Origin: Octopus sinensis
Taxonomy: Eukaryota
Direction of reading: 5' to 3'
Length of the DNA: 64,000 nt
NCBI RefSeq assembly: GCF_006345805.1
Contig: NC_042998.1
Coordinates: 38,874,001 to 38,938,000 of the forward strand
Part shown: one piece after another, positions 62,501-64,000 of the stretch
Numbering within the stretch: position 1 is the first letter of the stretch
Layout of the letters: every line of letters begins with the position of its first letter
The notes under the pieces: generated by a model
Told to the model about the DNA's origin: nothing
The model's input: only the letters and a program-made list of their open reading frames with translations
The model's database searches: none
Position numbers and translations under genes: made by a program

Positions 62501-64000
62501 TTTTGAGCAGAAATATGCAGCAAAAGTGAGAGGGAACAAAATATGTGAACCCAGTGAAAATAAAATATACTTTCATGTGCGCTGGTAATGTCGAATGATT
62601 TCGGAAGGAAAATATTTCCTTCATTCTTTGAGAAAACTTCTGTCGTTTGTTCCGGCAACTGTATCCACCTTTACATTTGTATCCATAGAATAATGTAATG
62701 AACGATGTAATATTAGTTTCACTTGGATCTAAATATGTATCTGTGTTGAAATTTAGCCTGAGGTCATTTTTGATCGAAGAGATACATGGTCAAATGGACA
62801 TCACATCATTTGCATAAGTAAGGTGTGGTTTAAAGGCGATGATTGTATTTATATGCGCATACCGGAAATAGATTCAACATGTTTGCCTTGCACCACTGAT
62901 ATATTCGACGAAGGTTTCAGTGTCTTAATATCTCATCCCTTATTCTATGAATTTAGAACATTGTATCTTTATTAGTAAAGTTACATTGCTGTTTGCTTTA
63001 TTTCCCGTGTATTCCGAGACTACGGAATTGTTTGACGTCAGTGAAATGAAAACGGCACAGAGAGGTCGATTGTCGCCGGACCATCGATTTAAATAATGTG
63101 TATGTTATAATTGTATAATTTGTCTATATTATTTCTAAATCAATTGCAAGGGGCCTGCGTGGAAAAACATTCCTTAAAGCCAGTAGTGTACCTGCTTCGC
63201 TTATAAGTTCAATTGCTGCCGAAGCCGTCTTTGCCTTTTAAATACCTGGGTCGATAAAATCGATAGCAACAATATAGTTTGGCGCAATTCAATGAATTGA
63301 CCAAATTTTTGTCCCTTGTACTCATATTTAAGACTATAATCATTAATTAGTCGGTGATAACAACATTGGTGGATGACATTCACTCTAAATTTGATTAGAA
63401 CTCTTAACCAACACTTTAGAATTACGATACTTACTGGATCTAGTGAGTTATATTTTTATCATCTAGTACTCAAGGCCCAAATTACAATTACAGTTACAAG
63501 TTCTTTTAAGAATGAAGTTCCAGACAAGTCCTTAGGGCGAAAAAGTATTAATTAATAACCAATATTATTCCATTCTGTCTGTAAAAGAAAACATAATCTT
63601 TAGAACTAATCCACTTTCGTTTTATTAGTTAAGCTGCAGGGTTAATATTATCGATTTATTCATGCTTTGTGTGGCCTTCAGGTTTGGAATGTGAATAATT
63701 CTTGCTTGAGGATAAATGTTCTAGAACGGTATCTTGCTGATAAAAGTTACTCAAACATTTTTATACTATTTCATTAGTCTTTGGTTGTTGGTTTTTTTTT
63801 CCGGTTTTTTTTTCTTCTATTTCCGTAAAATTTCTGTAAAACACCTGCTGGTTTAACCAACTAGATTATTAAGAATTTTGCTGGAACTGTCACCTTTTAG
63901 TATATTTCATTTAAACAGTAAACAGCAAGAATGCAACTCGGGTATTAACTTGTGCAAGTGTTAGAAATAATTATTTCCTCCTCCTGTTTCCTAGTGTATG

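Overview
AT-rich, microsatellite-dense eukaryotic DNA that is almost entirely non-coding. The tRNA-headed SINE families and the (TA)n/(CA)n/(AAT)n/(GATA)n load resemble a coleoid cephalopod, probably Octopus (recognition by eye, not a database result). Most ORFs in the track are translated microsatellites. Recognisable elements are four tRNA-headed SINE families, R4/Dong-like RLE retrotransposon fragments sitting in (AAT)n, Penelope-like element (PLE) RT and GIY-YIG remnants, RTE and CR1 remnants, two Tc1/mariner relics, a non-autonomous Helitron and a HINE-like element. Only a few isolated candidate host exons are visible. The main signal is a dense set of type I hammerhead ribozyme (HHR) motifs. 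These include a ~390-bp tandem array (22743-23857) with one HHR per unit and a palindromic stem III (retrozyme-like, predicted ~391-nt monomer), a near-canonical HHR at 57153-57203(-), a tRNA-headed SINE whose tail carries a minimal HHR, several PLE-terminus HHRs, and fold-back palindromes that turn at HHR-like helices. All structures were paired by eye and none was folded computationally or tested.
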